Origin: Hormiphora californensis
Taxonomy: Eukaryota; Animalia; Ctenophora
Assembly (NCBI GenBank): GCA_020137815.1
Contig: CM035355.1
Location: forward strand, 124,001 to 188,000
DNA: 64,000 bases
Direction of reading: 5' to 3'
The position numbers and the translations under genes are program-made. Positions 13,701 through 28,294 of the stretch are shown here, piece after piece. Position 1 is the first letter of the stretch. Each line of letters starts with the position of its first letter. Below the pieces are notes generated by a model, which had not been told where the DNA came from, did not search any database, and saw only the letters and a program-made list of their open reading frames with translations.

Positions 13701-13855
13701 CGAAGGTTTGAAGTCTTTATCTTATCAGGAAAAGGAGTTATGAGCCAAAACATGAAAAGTCGATGTTGAAAAACTTTTTCTTACGTGTTTTTTGAAAAAC
13801 GAAATCGGTGTGGCCCGCATTTTTTTGCGCGTACCACGCTAGTGTCTCCCACTAT
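10750..13855. mobile_element. Large foldback element with nested internal inverted repeats
   Basis: 10750-10911 plus 11963 onward mirrored by 13250-13855 (gtgatttacaggttatta...; tttttgcgcgtaccacgctagtgtctcccac). Confidence 0.7.
10912..11949 (+). mobile_element. Non-coding retroposed insertion with 13-bp TSD and (ACC)n tail
   Basis: TSD acctgtaaatcac at 10899-10911 and 11950-11962; terminal hairpin ctgccc-taac-gggcag; the mirror arm (~13490) shows the empty site. Confidence 0.8.
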
Positions 13856-14580
13856 TAATTGTTTCAGAGTCATGATTTGTTATGACTGGGGATATTTTTC
13901 ATGCTGGGGGCTGTGCCCCCAGACACCCCTAAGGCCACGGGGCACTTGCCAGTACAGTGATAGACGCTTCACTGTGTAACATTTGTAGCCCGAACCATAC
14001 TAGCTAGAGACTTGAACCAAGTTTTATCCGTTAGGAAATCGTTCGGGGCATGCATTAGTTAAGGTTTCGAGTCAAATGTTCATTATGACGACCGTAGTGG
14101 CGTCACAAAGTGATGTCATTGAAAAATCTCAGACCAAATATTTTCAAACGCCTATAACACCCTCAAGGCGTATTCTGATTCCAGATTTGACGGAAAATCG
14201 TTAGTGGCAAATTGTCTGAACTTTCAGATACAATATAGCGAACTTCTCTAACTTGTCATTTTTAGACCTTAAAACGCGTCGAACTCAAAAATTTGATGTG
14301 AAAATCCACATAAAAACATTTCGTGCAATAACTTCAGTTCTTGATTACCATGGCCTTTAAAACTTTTCACACGTTTAGTGCTTCATTGGCCAAATAGTCT
14401 GTCATAATTTTTTACGTCTTCGTGACGTCATATGTGACGTCACGACGTCAAAACGACGTCAAATTTTGAAAATTTCGTCAAACCAGTTTCCTACAACCCA
14501 GGATACATTTGAACACTTGACAATTATCTTAGTTGTTTGAGGTCATAAATGACCTCAAACGACCAAAAAAGAGTACAAAT

Positions 14581-14792
14581 TTAGAGCAAAAAACAATTGA
14601 AATTAGTTCGCCAGAAAGGTGGCACATTTTGAACTTACTCCTTCATTTCCGTCACCTTTGAGTTGAAGGCGGAAAAGTTTACGGATACCTCAATGTCTTT
14701 GAAGCCTCAATTCAAAGGTGACGGAAATGAAGGAGTAAGTTCAAAATGGGCCACCTTTCTGGCGAACTAATTTCAATTAGTTTTTGCTCTAA
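14581..14792. mobile_element. Palindromic MITE
   Basis: ttagagcaaaa...ttttgctctaa with ~90 bp arms; partial copies at 26850 and 40981. Confidence 0.75.
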
Positions 14793-15002
14793 TATTTTCC
14801 AAACTTTTTTATCAAATTTCAGAGAATGATTCTCAACACCTTGATCGGTGCTTTCCGTGAATTTTTATAAAAAACTTTGCATATGAAAAATTTGCTGTGA
14901 TTCGGTTCGATTCGGTAACCGAAATTCGGTTCGGTTCGGTAAATTTTTTTCCCGATTCGGTTCGGTTCGGTGGTAAAAATCCCGGTTCGGTCGTTTCCTG
15001 AA

Positions 15003-15505
15003 ATAGAGTCCAAAATAAGTCTAAACTCTAGGAGGACTCTTTATCTAAAAGTTACACAGGGCGGACTCTTTATCTAAAAAGTCTAAACAAAGTGGACTCA
15101 TATCTACATAAATCTAAATTAGATATAGAGTCCGCCTTTCGGCGGAACTTCGAGATTTCGGCCGTTAGCCGAAACGAGAGTTTGCTTCTACCCTATACTA
15201 TTTAGAAGGTTAGGGCCGTATTTGGGTTCGAGGTTAGGGTTAGGGTTAGTGGTTAGGGTTAGGTTTGGGTTGGGTAGGGATTTTAGACATAGAGTCGGGT
15301 TGGAGGATTTGGCGCCAAAATGTACTAGAGGACTCTATATCTAAAAATTCTAACAGGCGGACTCTTATCTAAAAAAGTCTTACACAGGGAGGACCCTCTT
15401 ATCTAAATTTTTTCAAAATCTAACTGTAGATAAAGAGTCCGTTTTTAGATATAGAGTCCGCCTGGGATTTAGATAAAGAGTCCGTTAGCACTAGAGTCCG
15501 CCCAC
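15003..15505. repeat. Element built of ggactctttatctaaa subrepeats in both orientations, with a degenerate TTAGGG tract (15232-15279)
   Basis: Direct and inverted subrepeats visible in the sequence. Confidence 0.55.
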
Positions 15506-18500
15506 CACCGTAGCAATGGTCCTGATGGTACTCCCCGTTTTGTGAAAATACACGGCGCACAACTCTTACTTTAAAGATTTTTGCTCTCGCAATTGTAAAA
15601 GCCAGTAAGTCAGCAAAAATACACACAGACACCCAATAGACAGAAAGAAACACGAAACAGTTTTTGAAAGCTTGACTTACTGTGTTCTACCCGAAAACTA
15701 ACTTGCCCCCTTTTACGATGTTCTGTGTGTTATTATAATTATACTAACAAGTAGCAACAGATCTCTGATTTTACTTGTCTAGCAATTGTTTACCTTGATA
15801 AGGATTCTCCTCGCATTTGATCGTCACACTCACAGTCACTGATATTGCTGCATAGGTCACTTTTTGAAATGGCTCATTGAGCTGCGAATTTTTGGAACCT
15901 GCAAAGAACAAATTGGGCTTTCAAATTTCGACGCAATAAATTAATGACAATGCGTTAGGGAATTGGGAGAAGGGGCGTCGTCTGTGTGTAAGTTGTAACC
16001 TTTTAGATCCACTTCCGAGTGTAGGCGTAGGGGGACAAAGTACTAAACAAGGTATTTCAGGGTGGTGGGACTAACAGTCACCAAAAACGTAATGGTTGGG
16101 AATAGGACAGAAGTGAAATAGGAACAAGAAAAACTGGACCAAAATGCAGCATTAATCTATGAGGCTGCGATCTTAAACATCCGCTGTATGGGAGTGGGAC
16201 CTGGAACACTACTACCAAGGCGCAGACGCACCGTTCGGAGGTTTTCCACCAGACCTGTCTCCGCTGTATCCTCATGATAAGATGGTAGGGGGGACATGTT
16301 AATTTTGTTAACTTTGTTAATATTAACATCGAGAAAACAGGTGATTTTTAACAAAATTAACAAAAAATTAACAAACGTTAACAAATGCCATTTATGCCAT
16401 CTAAATCCCCTTCAGCACGTATTTTTAGTATTTAACACTTGTTTGCGAGCAAAGTTGTTCATTCTGTACAATTTACATACCCCTACTACCTCTACTACGG
16501 CTCTACTACATTTTGTAAATGTTAATAAATACTAGCCAAACTAAACCGTAATTGGCAGGTGCACAGTTGAAGTCAATTGAAGTCAAATGCCCTAATCCAC
16601 ATTTTAGCACCCTAAAAACTTAATAAGACTCATGAATTTACCTTAAAACGAAAAATATCCCAAAAATCAATTTTTCTAAAAAACACAAGGATTTGTAGCG
16701 AAGCAAATTTTCAATCCTTGACCAAAAAATTGATTTTGGGAAAATTTTATTATTTTTTCAACAGAAACGTTGTACATCATCTTATTAAGTCCAAAGAATC
16801 GATTACCAATTTAAAAATTACGTTTAAGTGAGATTTTATACGCTAAATTGAAAAATTTGTAACTTTTGGAATTTTATCGATTTTGAGCCAAAAAACCTGT
16901 ATGTCGGACTTTTGTTATCGTAAAAGGCTTTGTTTGGGTATATATTTATAGATACATTAAACTAAAAAATTAAACCAGTTAAAGTCGTATTATCAACCAA
17001 TAAGAACAGTCTTTTGATTTGTTAATTAACGTTAATTAACATAATCGAAAAAAGAGGTGATTTATTAACAATTAACATGTCCCCCCCCCCCCCAGATGGT
17101 ACAACAAAGTGAGCTATGTCAAGGTCTTGAAGAGAGCAGGAATCAGTACAGTGCAGGGATACATTTCCTCGAACCGGCTACGGTGGTTTGGTCATGTGTC
17201 CAGGATACCAGAACATCGGATTCCGAAGATCTTCATGAACTGGGTCCCTAGACACGGGAAGAGATCTAGAGGACGACCTAGGAAGACCTGGCTGCAGTGT
17301 GTCCGTGAGGATGCCTGTGCGTTTCAGGAGTCGATGTGACCAAAGAGGACTGGATGGGGAAGCACAAGATCGGACGAGTGGCGGTGATTTTCAAGAAGAG
17401 CGAAATATTCCGACGCGGCCACTCTAACGACTGATCAGGAGAACCCTTCAAGTACAAGTAAGTAAGTAAGTATATTTGGGAATTGGGACATGAAAGGAAT
17501 TAAAATTATAACTTCCAAAAATCATTTCAAAATGTATTACAAATATTTTATCACCAATGTACTACTAAAGGTCCCATCTATCGATTCCATTCAATGTTCA
17601 TAAATGTTCAGTGGTGATGGCCTGATTTGGGTGGGTTCGATACCTTTTTTGTACATTTTTCTAGCCTAGAACAAAAAACAAAAATCATATTGCAAAAAGA
17701 GTAGAGAAGAAACCGAAGGCACTAAAGTGTATAGCGCTCTAAATAATTAGTGGGGGTAGACGCCAAAATTAATTCTCTAATTTATTATCTAAGTTATCTA
17801 AGTTAAATGTGATTGGTTAATTTACCACATTTTTGGACGAAACGGGTATGCCGGTATACATATATATGCTCATGTGGTAAGTATAAGGTTTTTAGGTTTT
17901 ATTCGTTACACAGATATCGCCGATCAAAATAGTTTGCACTAAAGTGATTTTCTCATCAATACGCATATCATCGATCGAGCACCTACAGCACGTTGTTTGG
18001 CCACTATGATCTAATTTTGGCACGTACCCCCACTAACTCGAGGCCGGTAATGATTTTGTACCATACATGTTTTTGTCCCTTTTTACAAACATTTTGATTG
18101 TGAAAATAGGTAAAAAAACACAGTGTCAGGGTGTGGCCCAAAATTTTTTGAAAAGTTATTTAATAATTTAAAAACTTTCTAAACATCATGAATCGGCGCA
18201 TAAATATGCAAATAACGGCTAAACGGTGCGAGATAGACTTTTTCCCGGGGACGACCCCCATAAATCGACCATTCTGCGTCGAAATATGTTATGAAAACTT
18301 TTTAGGACCAGCTGAAGTGGAAATATTCAGAATATGCATTAATCATGAATAGGTGCATAAATATGCAAATAACGGCTAAACGGTGCGAGATACGACTTTT
18401 GTCCGACGGACGACCCCCATAAATCCACTATTTTGCGTCGAAATACGTCTATGAAAACGTTCTAGGATCAACTCAAGTGGAAATATTCAGAATATGCATT

Positions 18501-20298
18501 AATCATGAATCGGTGCATAATATGCAAATAACGGCTAAACGGTGCGAGATACGACTTTTTGTCCGGGGTTTACCCCCCATAAATCGACTATTCTGCGTTG
18601 AAATATGTCCATGAAAACTTTCTAGGGCCAGCTAAAGTGGAAATATTCAAAATATGCTTTGAATCATGAATCGGCGCATAAACATGCAAATAACGGCTAA
18701 ACGATGCGAGATACACTTCTTGTCCCGGGACGACCCCCCACAAATTGACTGTTTTCTGTCCAATGTGACCAATGAAAAGCCGCTATTATAAGTAGAATTT
18801 GAGATATTCAGATATGCATATTGTCATAATTATGTGCATGTAAATCCTTAACGGTAAAGTTTGAGAAAATTGTCCCGAGTTAGACCCCCCCATAAATCGA
18901 ATATTTGCGTCGGTTAGAACAGTTGATTTCTCTATAGTATGAGTCATTACCGAGATATTCATAAATTCATACATAAATTATGCATATTATGACTTAATGA
19001 TCTCCAATCAAGATGCCACATACTTTATGACACACAGAATAGCTAGAGTAACCTAGTTTAAAATTTCAGGGCTCTAGCTTTACCGTTTTTCCAGGCGAAT
19101 GTTGCAAAATGGTCGTGCTTGTATGTAGTATGTACAATATAGTGTCTACACAGGGGTGTTTTGGGACCCCCTCGTAATTTTGAACGAAACGACTGATCCA
19201 CTTGAAATTTATATCACTAACGAAATGGTAGAGGTACCTATAACTACAAAATTTTAGCTCGCTAGCTTATCGGGAACATGGTCAAACAGGCGCTCAAAAA
19301 GGGCGTTTGTCCGATCCGTATGGTATACTGCACTGGCCCCCACCCCAAAAATACTATGTCCCTCATCAGGGTTTGTGGAAATTTCCCACGGTCATAACTC
19401 CACCCTGATGAGATAGAGACTGAAATTTGTTCTCCTACAAAACAAATTTCAACTTCTATCTTATCAGGGGTGGAGCTATGCCGTCTAAAATCCGGTCGCG
19501 CGCAGCAAGGGACATAGTAGTTTGGGGGGACCTTTAGAGGGGGGGAATGAACTTATCACGCCGGACTTATAGTGGGAGACACTAGCGTGGTAGCGCAAAA
19601 ATATGCGTGTCACACCGATTTCGTTTTTCAAAAAAACAAGCAAGAAAAGTTTTTCAACATCGAATGTGGTGGGAGAAATGCTCACCCTAGAACAATTACA
19701 AAAAAATGCATATAATAACCTGTAAATCACGATTCTACACCTACCACTTGTAATACGTTTCTCTTGTCATTTTGGTCTGGAATTGGCATCTCATTTCCCC
19801 CTTCTAACTCTACTAATTCACTTTATTCACTTCAAAACCCTTCTGAATGTCCCCCCAGCAGTCCCTAGCAATTATCAGAGTGATTACGTCTCGTTGTTTT
19901 GTCCCGTCCCCTCTCTTCAGATCAAATCTCACACTAGCACTTTCTCTATCTCTCCTACATCCCACCCCTCCGCCCCGCCCCTTCACCCCCGCCCCACCTC
20001 CCCCACCCTGCCCTTCCCATTTAGAGCACTTTGTTACACAGGCCACTACAGCGACAATCCTTGTGTTTGGTGCACTAAGTCGCTTATCGCGTGTAACAGT
20101 ATCAATGTCTTATCTATATTCCGACTTGTCTTCTAGAACATTTTACACTCTACGTGTACTGCCCCACGCTTATTTGTGTTTGACGTCTTTATCTTTACTG
20201 AATTGAAAGAATACACCTCTCACCTCATCACAACAACATCACGGTATCAAAATTACATCAAATACTGTAACTTCATCTGTCTGTATTGACTGTTCAAT

Positions 20299-21011
20299 TA
20301 GGTGTGCTAAGTGAAATTTGTCGACTGCCAAAAAGTTAAGGTAGATATGAAACTTGGACAATTTCTACTACATCCTGAAAACGGAATTGGGATTAGTTGT
20401 ATGTCACATTACGTGGCAGCGATAAAAAAGTTACTTTTACCAAAAAAGGAAAACATGTGTGTTTTACACCAGTGTTTGGCATGTTCTTGATATCAAATTT
20501 TTATGGTCAGGGTCGGTTCAGCGGTGTGATACCGATCAGAATGGATGTGTTATCATGAAAGTTGCTCAAAGGTATTTTGACTGAAATGTTCATTTTTGAC
20601 TTAAAAATGTTCATTTTGGCCTGTTTCTTCATTTTGAGAGCTTTTTCCATGAACGAATCGTGTTCAGAGGTCAAAGTAGTCGGTTACAACCGGAATTGGT
20701 TCACGACAAAAAATCTCAAAAAGTAAATTCGTAGTAGGCAAATGTGCAAGAAAAAGATGAAAAAAAATACATTTTCATTAAAATGGAGTTCTGAAGGTGC
20801 AGACTGGAAATAATGGTTGTACTGGTTCTCATAGGCGATTCATATGTGTGGTTTTTTCGAATAACGCGTCCAAAAACATTTTTTGATATGAATATGCCCA
20901 TATAGGGCAACATCGGCCCACGTAATTGGGCCAGGGTAGGACTATCATTCTAGGGGTAAACTTTGTGAAAATTGGATTTGATTTATGAGTTGGGAAAAAT
21001 AGCACACCCTA
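20299..21011. mobile_element. hAT-like MITE
   Basis: TIR tagg(g)tgtgcta / tagcacacccta, ~8-bp TSD ctgttca(t); absent at the homologous site ~11510. Confidence 0.75.
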
Positions 21012-21551
21012 CTGTTCATTCATTGTGTACATTTGTTATTGATAATGTTACCGGATTTAACCTTACGAACCAATTATTTAATTAGAGCTACTATAGACAG
21101 ACTACCCCAGACCCAAGCTTTAGAAGTGTCCACTCGACGGACCGTGTCGTAACAAACAAACGAACAGGCTTACTTGCACAGCCACCCAGCTTGAAAATTT
21201 GCCCCCTAACTTGTCATGTTGCTTATTCGCAAGATAACTACAAATGTCCTCACGGGGCGGAGATGCGAAAAGTGCACCGACCTTTAACCGTGGGGGCTGC
21301 GTAAGTGTCTGCAAGTACAATGCTGACTGACATAAGAATGCCATGATATTAACTGACCACACACAGATGACAGACGCTATGTCGAGGTTGCAATGTCGTT
21401 CTGCCTAACGGGCAGAGTTTGACGCTATAAACTATCTGTACCACCCACCACCACCACCTGTAAATCACTTTAATTCGAAGTTCAAACTAGTTTTGAAACT
21501 AGTTTGAAATTTTTAAGAAAAATTTTAGTTTTGAAATAGCTTTTGAAATAG

Positions 21552-22538
21552 TAGTCAGGGCATATGATGCCAAAATAAATTAAAAATGGGCATAATTGTT
21601 ATCAAGCTAATTTCACTTCTAGTAGGCTCTATTAGGTCCCTAGAAACACCAAAAAAATTGGCCGCGGTTTTACAATGAAGAAGTTGGGTTTGGCCACGCC
21701 CTTTACCGATGTTTTAGCCTTCTGGCGAACCCAAACGGGCTTAGAAAGGAGTAGAGACAAATCTAAGGACACTAAAATGTGAGCGTCCTCGCATAGTGGG
21801 GGTAGGTGCGGAAATTAAGTCTCTATCTCATCTGGTTAATTGGATAATTGGAAATTAGATATGCGCACAACCGTATTTGGATAAATGGGCTATAGCCACT
21901 TAGGAATGGGTTAGAGACTTTTCACTGGTGCCATTTTGTAGGCAATAGCCAGTTATGGGGGGTCGACGTCGAACTTTAAGCTCTATCTCCAACCGTTTGA
22001 CCGCTATTTGGCATTAAAGATGCTCAAAATGAGCAAAAAACGGTAAAAAGCCGATTTTGAGCATCTTTAAAGCCAAATAGCGCCCAAACGGTGGGAGAAA
22101 GAGCTTAAAAGTTCGACGTGGACCCCCATAACTTGGCTATTGCCTACAAAATGGCACCAGTGAAAAGTCTCTAAAACCATTCCTAAGTGGCTATAGCCAT
22201 ATAGCCAAAATACGGTTATGCGCATATCTAATTATCCAATTATCTAATTAATCAGATGAGATAAAGACTTAATTTCCGCACCTACCCCCACTAATGCGGA
22301 GGACGCTACACATTCTAGTGTCCTAGATTTGTCTCTACTCCTTTCCTAAGCCCCGTTTTGGTTTTCGCCAGAGGCTAAAAACATGAGGTAAAAGGGCGTG
22401 GCCCAAAAACCCAACTTCTTCATTGATAAAACCGCGGCCAATTTTTTTGGTGTTTCTAGGGACCTAATAGAGCTACATAGAAGTGACATTAGCTTGATAA
22501 CAATTATGCCCATATTTTGTCATCATATGCCCTGACTA
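21552..22538. mobile_element. ~1 kb near-perfect palindromic element with TAG termini (Academ-like, tentative)
   Basis: tagtcagggcatatgatg ... catcatatgccctgacta; absent at the homologous site ~12060. Confidence 0.75.
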
Positions 22539-25184
22539 GGGTGGTAGAAACGGCTCATGTGGCTCATTTGGCAGCTGCACGATCATTATGAACACAAGGA
22601 CATTCATAAAAGCGAAAAACCAGTGTACCGACTAATTTTAATACGCTGAATCACGTGAGCAACTCTGGCAAGCGCTCAGATGTGAAGAAAAGTGCTCTAA
22701 TTGAGCATAATTGGGGTGTAATTGACCGGACTTACAACTTTTCTCCTGAAAAGATGATAAAGTTAATGTGAGGGCACTTTTCCGACTAACTTTGATACGC
22801 TGAATCACGTAAACAACTTTTCCAAGCCCTCAGAGTGATTCGGCGTATTAAAATTAGTCGGGTATACTGGTTTTCGCTTTTATATGAATGTCCTTGTATT
22901 CATAATGATCGTGCAGCTGCCAGATGAGCCACATGAGCCGTTTCTACCACCCGGTCCGAAGCTGTTTCAAAACTACTTCGAAAACCAGTGTACCCGACTA
23001 ATTTTAATACGCTGAATCACGTGAGCAAACTCTGGCAAGCGCTCAGATGTGACAAAAGTGCCCTAATTGAGCCTAATTGGGGTATTTGATCGGACTTACA
23101 ACTTTTCTCCTGAAAACGCTAGAAGTTAATGGTGAGGGCACTTTTTCGACTAACTTTGATACGCTGAATCACGCAAACAACTTTTCCAAGCCCTCAGAGG
23201 TGAAGAAAGTGTCCTAATTGAGCAATATGGTTAATTAGACCTAATCAGACTCAATTAGGGCAATTTTCCCGCCTCTTAGGGCTTAAAAAAGTTGCTTCTG
23301 TGATTCAGCGTATCAAAGTTAGTCGGAAAAGTGCCCTCCATTAACTTCATCATCATTTCAGGAGAAAAGTGTGTAAGTCCGGCAATTACACCCAATTATG
23401 CTCAATTAGGGCACTTTCTTCGCATCTGAGCGCTTGCCAGAGTTGCTCACGTGATTCGGCGTATTAAAATTAGTCGGGTACACTGTTTCGCTTTTATATG
23501 AATGTCCTTGTGTTCATAATGGACGGTTTCGGTGTAAAAATCCCGGTCGGGTCGGTTCCTGATTAATCACCATATTCTAAGCCATAGAACCCCTATAAAA
23601 CTATTGATTATAATCGAACATCACCCAAGCCGTTAAAAGTAAAACTACGTATCTGCCTTTTTAATGCCCTTAGTTCCCTAGCCCGGTGAATGCCGAGGCA
23701 TTCACCCGGATGCCTTTTTAACTTGCTAAAAGGCAAGGCAGGGTAGCATTCGAAAACACCTTTTGGGTATACTAAGCTATCGTAGATGACATTTTTTCCC
23801 TGCCCGGGTATGATGCCCGAAGGGTCAGCACCCGATGATTCGTTTTAGCACGTTGCTAAAAAGCTCATAAAGGGTTTCGAATCTCGGATTTGAAATAGTA
23901 ACTCGAGCGTGGTCAAAATCGCGTGTGTCACGGTAGCAGCATAGTAACTGCTCCTTCATAAAATCAAATAACTGTTTTGATGAAATATGATGTCAGGACG
24001 CTTATTTTTCAAAGCTGTGCGCGGCGCTCACAACACTGTTGCTGAAGGGGTGAGGGTAGAGTAAAACAGCTGTGTAACTGCATATCACATATACATACTG
24101 CAGGACGCATGCATCTCACATTGTGACCAAGCCTTGATATTGTGATACTGATAGTGTGATACTGATCCTGTCGACGGAGGGCAGGGAAACACCGCATTAT
24201 GAATACATAATGCAATAATTCTTGTTTGGTCACACTTTCGTTGCGAGGGCAACGGTGTAGCAACTAGAGCCGGCGCACAGTGACGAGCTACTCCTTCAAA
24301 ACACCTCATTGAGACAGTTTGAGGACGTGTGTGCGCGCGCCACTCAACAAAACATGAAATGCTCTGCCGTGCGTTTCGCGTGTTACATACACATTTTCAT
24401 CTTGCGAGAGTGTGAGATGTTAGATAAGTAGTTAAGTTGGAGTGTCAAAAGCTGGTTAGCAAGTGTCATGTGATTGGGAGTTAGCTAACTCTAAGCTATG
24501 TGAGAAGTATACTGACAGCTAGATCGTATGCATCTCACATTACATTATGACCAAGCCTTGATCCTGTTGGCAGTGACAATGTCACTGACATGTGAAACGG
24601 TAGGGCAGGGAAACACAGCATTATGAATACATAATGCAATAATTCTTGTTTCCAGTTTTAACATCAAAACATAATATAAAACTTATTTTCTTAATTATGG
24701 CAATAAAGGTCAATTAATTAAGTTAATGAGACCAATGATATCACCAGAAACTATTAAAAAGTCAATAAACATAATGATATCTTTGCTCTGAATAATAAGT
24801 TCAGAGCAAGAATTAAATAGGGAAGAAAATCGAAGAATATTGTCAGATACTGACTGTACATCGCGCAATGCACAGTCAGACCCCAAACACAGCTTTAGAA
24901 CGCGCAAAGATCAACACGCGGCGCGGTTTACACATTTTCAACACTTGTTTTTGTAAAAAAAGCTTCGCGCGACTTTCCCACGGTGCGTGGGAAAAGCGAG
25001 AGACGCATTTAGGCTAACGAGAGATAAGAGTTGGCGCGTGATAGCACTTCGTTTGCGCGTCGCGACTCAGAAACAAGTAGACTCTTTGGGGTAAGACCGT
25101 CCTCGCTACGCGGCCTCACGTAGCCGCACCGGGCCTTATATGAGACAAGGAAAATATAGAGCGATGAAATGCGATCAGTACATA

Positions 25185-25261
25185 GGGTTTGGTAGCTTAG
25201 TGGTTTATAGCTCCGAGCATGTCTCTCTGGAGGTCCCTGGTTTAATTCCCAGTCAAACCCA
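25185..25261 (+). pseudogene. Degenerate tRNA-like sequence embedded in a repeat
   Basis: Stem gggtttg/caaaccc, A-box TAGCTTAGTGG, B-box-like GGTTTAATTCC; anticodon loop non-canonical. Confidence 0.4.
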
Positions 25262-26436
25262 GTATTTTTCGATTTTCTTCCCTATTTAGTTCTTGCTCTG
25301 AACTCATTATTCAGAATACTAATTAATCTCTCCTTAACCGAGTTCTGCCCGTTTATGTGTGAGATTCCCCATTAAACTGTTATACAGAGGGCGTGTGTGT
25401 GTGTTGATCACCAGAAGGAGATATCAAAATTACTTCCCCCCGATATCTTTGTGTATTGCTTATAAAGCGCTCGACAGGATCAAGATTCTGGAGCTGATTA
25501 CAAAGTAATACAAGATACAATACGTTGTAAACATAATGATAGGTTATTATGTGATTTGAAATAATTTTGGGAAAAATATATTTTTTCCACCTGACTTGGG
25601 GTTCGAACTTGTGACCTCTTGGGTGCAAAATCGAAAAATTTTAGTATGTACTTTGACCAAAAACAGACTCAGTTTAAACTTCTATTTTCGACTATAAAAG
25701 GTTTATAACGATTTCGTATCACACGAATAATATGTCAAATAGACACGTAATCGTCGCGTTTGCGCTTGATAATCGAGATAGAGTTCCTGGCAATCTTAAG
25801 ACTTGAACCCGGAGGCCGGAAGCGTTGGAAAGATAATTTCAAGACCTTTCCAACGGAACCAAAGTCAATTCTTTATCTAATCAGGAAACGGAGATATGAG
25901 CGAAAAGGTTTCTCGAATTGCCACACGCAAATACAATGCCACGCGAGTTCTTTGAATGCGTGGCGGCCTGTCGCTTAAATTAAAAATTCAACTTTATTGA
26001 TTAATAAAACTTAAAAGTTTTAATAAATATGTAATAACAAAAATTTTAATAAAAAAAATTAAGTAATTTTTGAGGATTAATGATGATTTTTAAGGATTAA
26101 TGAGGGCCCTCATTAATTCAAAAAGTGCTGGACAAGATATCATCCTCATTAATTATTGCCCCCCCCCCCCCATCGCACTTCATCACTCAATATTCAAGTA
26201 TTTATTAGGAAGTAATTTTGATATCTCGTCTCCTTCTGCCGGGACTGTCTGGCGGCGCTGACCCGATCTAAGCACACTGACGCACGCTTAGAGAATCAAA
26301 ACGGGTTGTTGGGGTCTGGCGGCGCCTGGGGTTGAGAGGATTCAACAGGCAGTGAGAGGACTCAAAAGGGGGTGTGAAAGTCAATAGCGGCGAAAGGAGT
26401 CAAACGCAATAGGGATTGGTTCTAACTACTACTTAC

Positions 26437-26822
26437 CGCAAACTTTGGACCTTTTACATTGTAGCTCGGTGATGTCAGAAATTGTGCTGTAATCGTTGAT
26501 CAACATTGACATTAAATCTATCGATTCTATGGATATCGTATCCTGTTCGGAGTCAGTCTCAGTACTATCAATATCATAACAACGCCATGATTCTGGATCC
26601 GCACATTTCATGTTATTTTGATTAGCAACAAGTGACGTTGATGTCACTGATTCCACAGACTCGTATAAAGCAGAATTTTTTTCCTTGTCCAAGTAGCAAC
26701 TGTTTGTAGCAATCTCAAATGATTTCTCATGAGAGGTAGAAGGTGCCCGTAAACGTATAGAGAAGGAAAATACAACCTCGTCATCAACAAGCTGCAGATG
26801 TTCCTCAACGGCCTCCCATTCG
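26437..26822 (-). pseudogene. Duplicate of exon 40567-40953 (1-nt deletion at the acceptor)
   Basis: Same peptide EWEAVEEHLQL...KVC and same G|gtaagt donor. Confidence 0.6.
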
Positions 26823-27177
26823 CTAAAATGTAAATATTTATAGATTAGTTTAGAGCAAAAACTAATTGAAGTTAGTTCAATGGAAAGGTAGCCCATTTTG
26901 TTTTTACTCCTTCATTTCCGTCACCTTGAGTTGAAGGTGGAAAAGTATACGGATACCTCAATGTCTATTGGTTTGTGTGGGTGAACATTGTACTATAAGC
27001 AAAGATCTCTGCTCACAAGAAAAGTCAAGGTCAAAACTGTTTTTCTTTTTTGGTGTTCATTCCACTCGATTCATGAACCAAAATCCCAAAGTGATGAAAA
27101 GGTTTGGCTTTTCTGGCCCACGCCCTGCAATGACAGAGAGTTGTTGTAGCGTGTTTCCGGGCTAATTTGTGTAAATG

Positions 27178-28197
27178 GGATCAACCTGCATACCTCAATA
27201 TCCTTAAAGTGAGAGTGGACCGAATCAGAATTGGACAAGTTTGGTGTAGGTGGTAGAGATTAGCTTTCTGAGCATTTTGCGTTTTTGCCGCTCAAAATCG
27301 ACCCACCCATCACTGAGATATCTTTGTTATGTGGAGAATTTCTGCTGGATCAATATTTATGAAACAGGATAGAAATAATCCTTGTGTTTTACTAACACAT
27401 TCTTTAAATTTTCAAATGCTAACTTGCATTGTTCTGCATCTGTGCATGAACATGTCAACCTCACTGCTTATATTCAGAATGTGTTAGGAAAACATGACGA
27501 TTGTTTCTATTCTGTTTTTTACATACTGATTAAACAGGAGTTCTCCCAACATAACAAAAATATCTCAGTGATGGGTGGGTCGATTTTAAGCGGCAAAACC
27601 GCGTTATGCTCAGAGAGCTAATCTGTACTACCTACAAACAAACTTGTCCAATTCTGATTCGGTCCACTCTCACTTTAAATCGATAGTGTTACGCAGTGTT
27701 TACGCAGTGTTTACGCAGTGAATACAGAAAGAATATGCAGTGAATACGCCGTGGTTCCAGAGTGAATACGCAGCGAATACGCAATATTGTGGTATCCTAC
27801 CAGAACTGGTTACGCAGTGTTTAAAGGGCCTAAAAACCCAACTTTATTTAATTATTTTGAACACTACAGCGTAACAAGCATGTTATTGGAGTCCCAAAAA
27901 ACATAGGTACACGCCCCCCCCCCAATGTGAGGCCAGGGGGAGCCCCTTAAGTTGGGGCCAGTCGGGGTTCCCTTGTAAACGCGCTTGTACTCCTTGAAAT
28001 GCTAACAATATGATCCTCACTGAAATTTGAAGTTTTGGGTGCAGTTGATCGAAGATCACGAATTCAATTAATATGTCGTGATTACTGTTTAATAGCCCAA
28101 CTGGTCATTCCGAAAAATCAGATACAAACCGCACTGTATATGAGTTGGATCGCTTGGTTACTTCCTTCGTTAAACAAGCACACATTACAGTGTGTGT

Positions 28198-28294
<97 letters not shown>

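Larger units (their letters stand above)
6443..14335 (+). repeat. Duplicated block (copies at 15507-23520 and, for 13306-14335, at 37828-38869)
   Basis: Near-identical colinear sequence starting accgtagcaatggtcctg. Confidence 0.9.
15507..23520 (+). repeat. Indel-rich duplicate of 6443-13300 (includes exon copy 15794-15898, RTE fragment 16155-17472, TIR element 16288-17093, retroinsertion 19731-21455)
   Basis: Colinear, with many single-base deletions. Confidence 0.9.
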
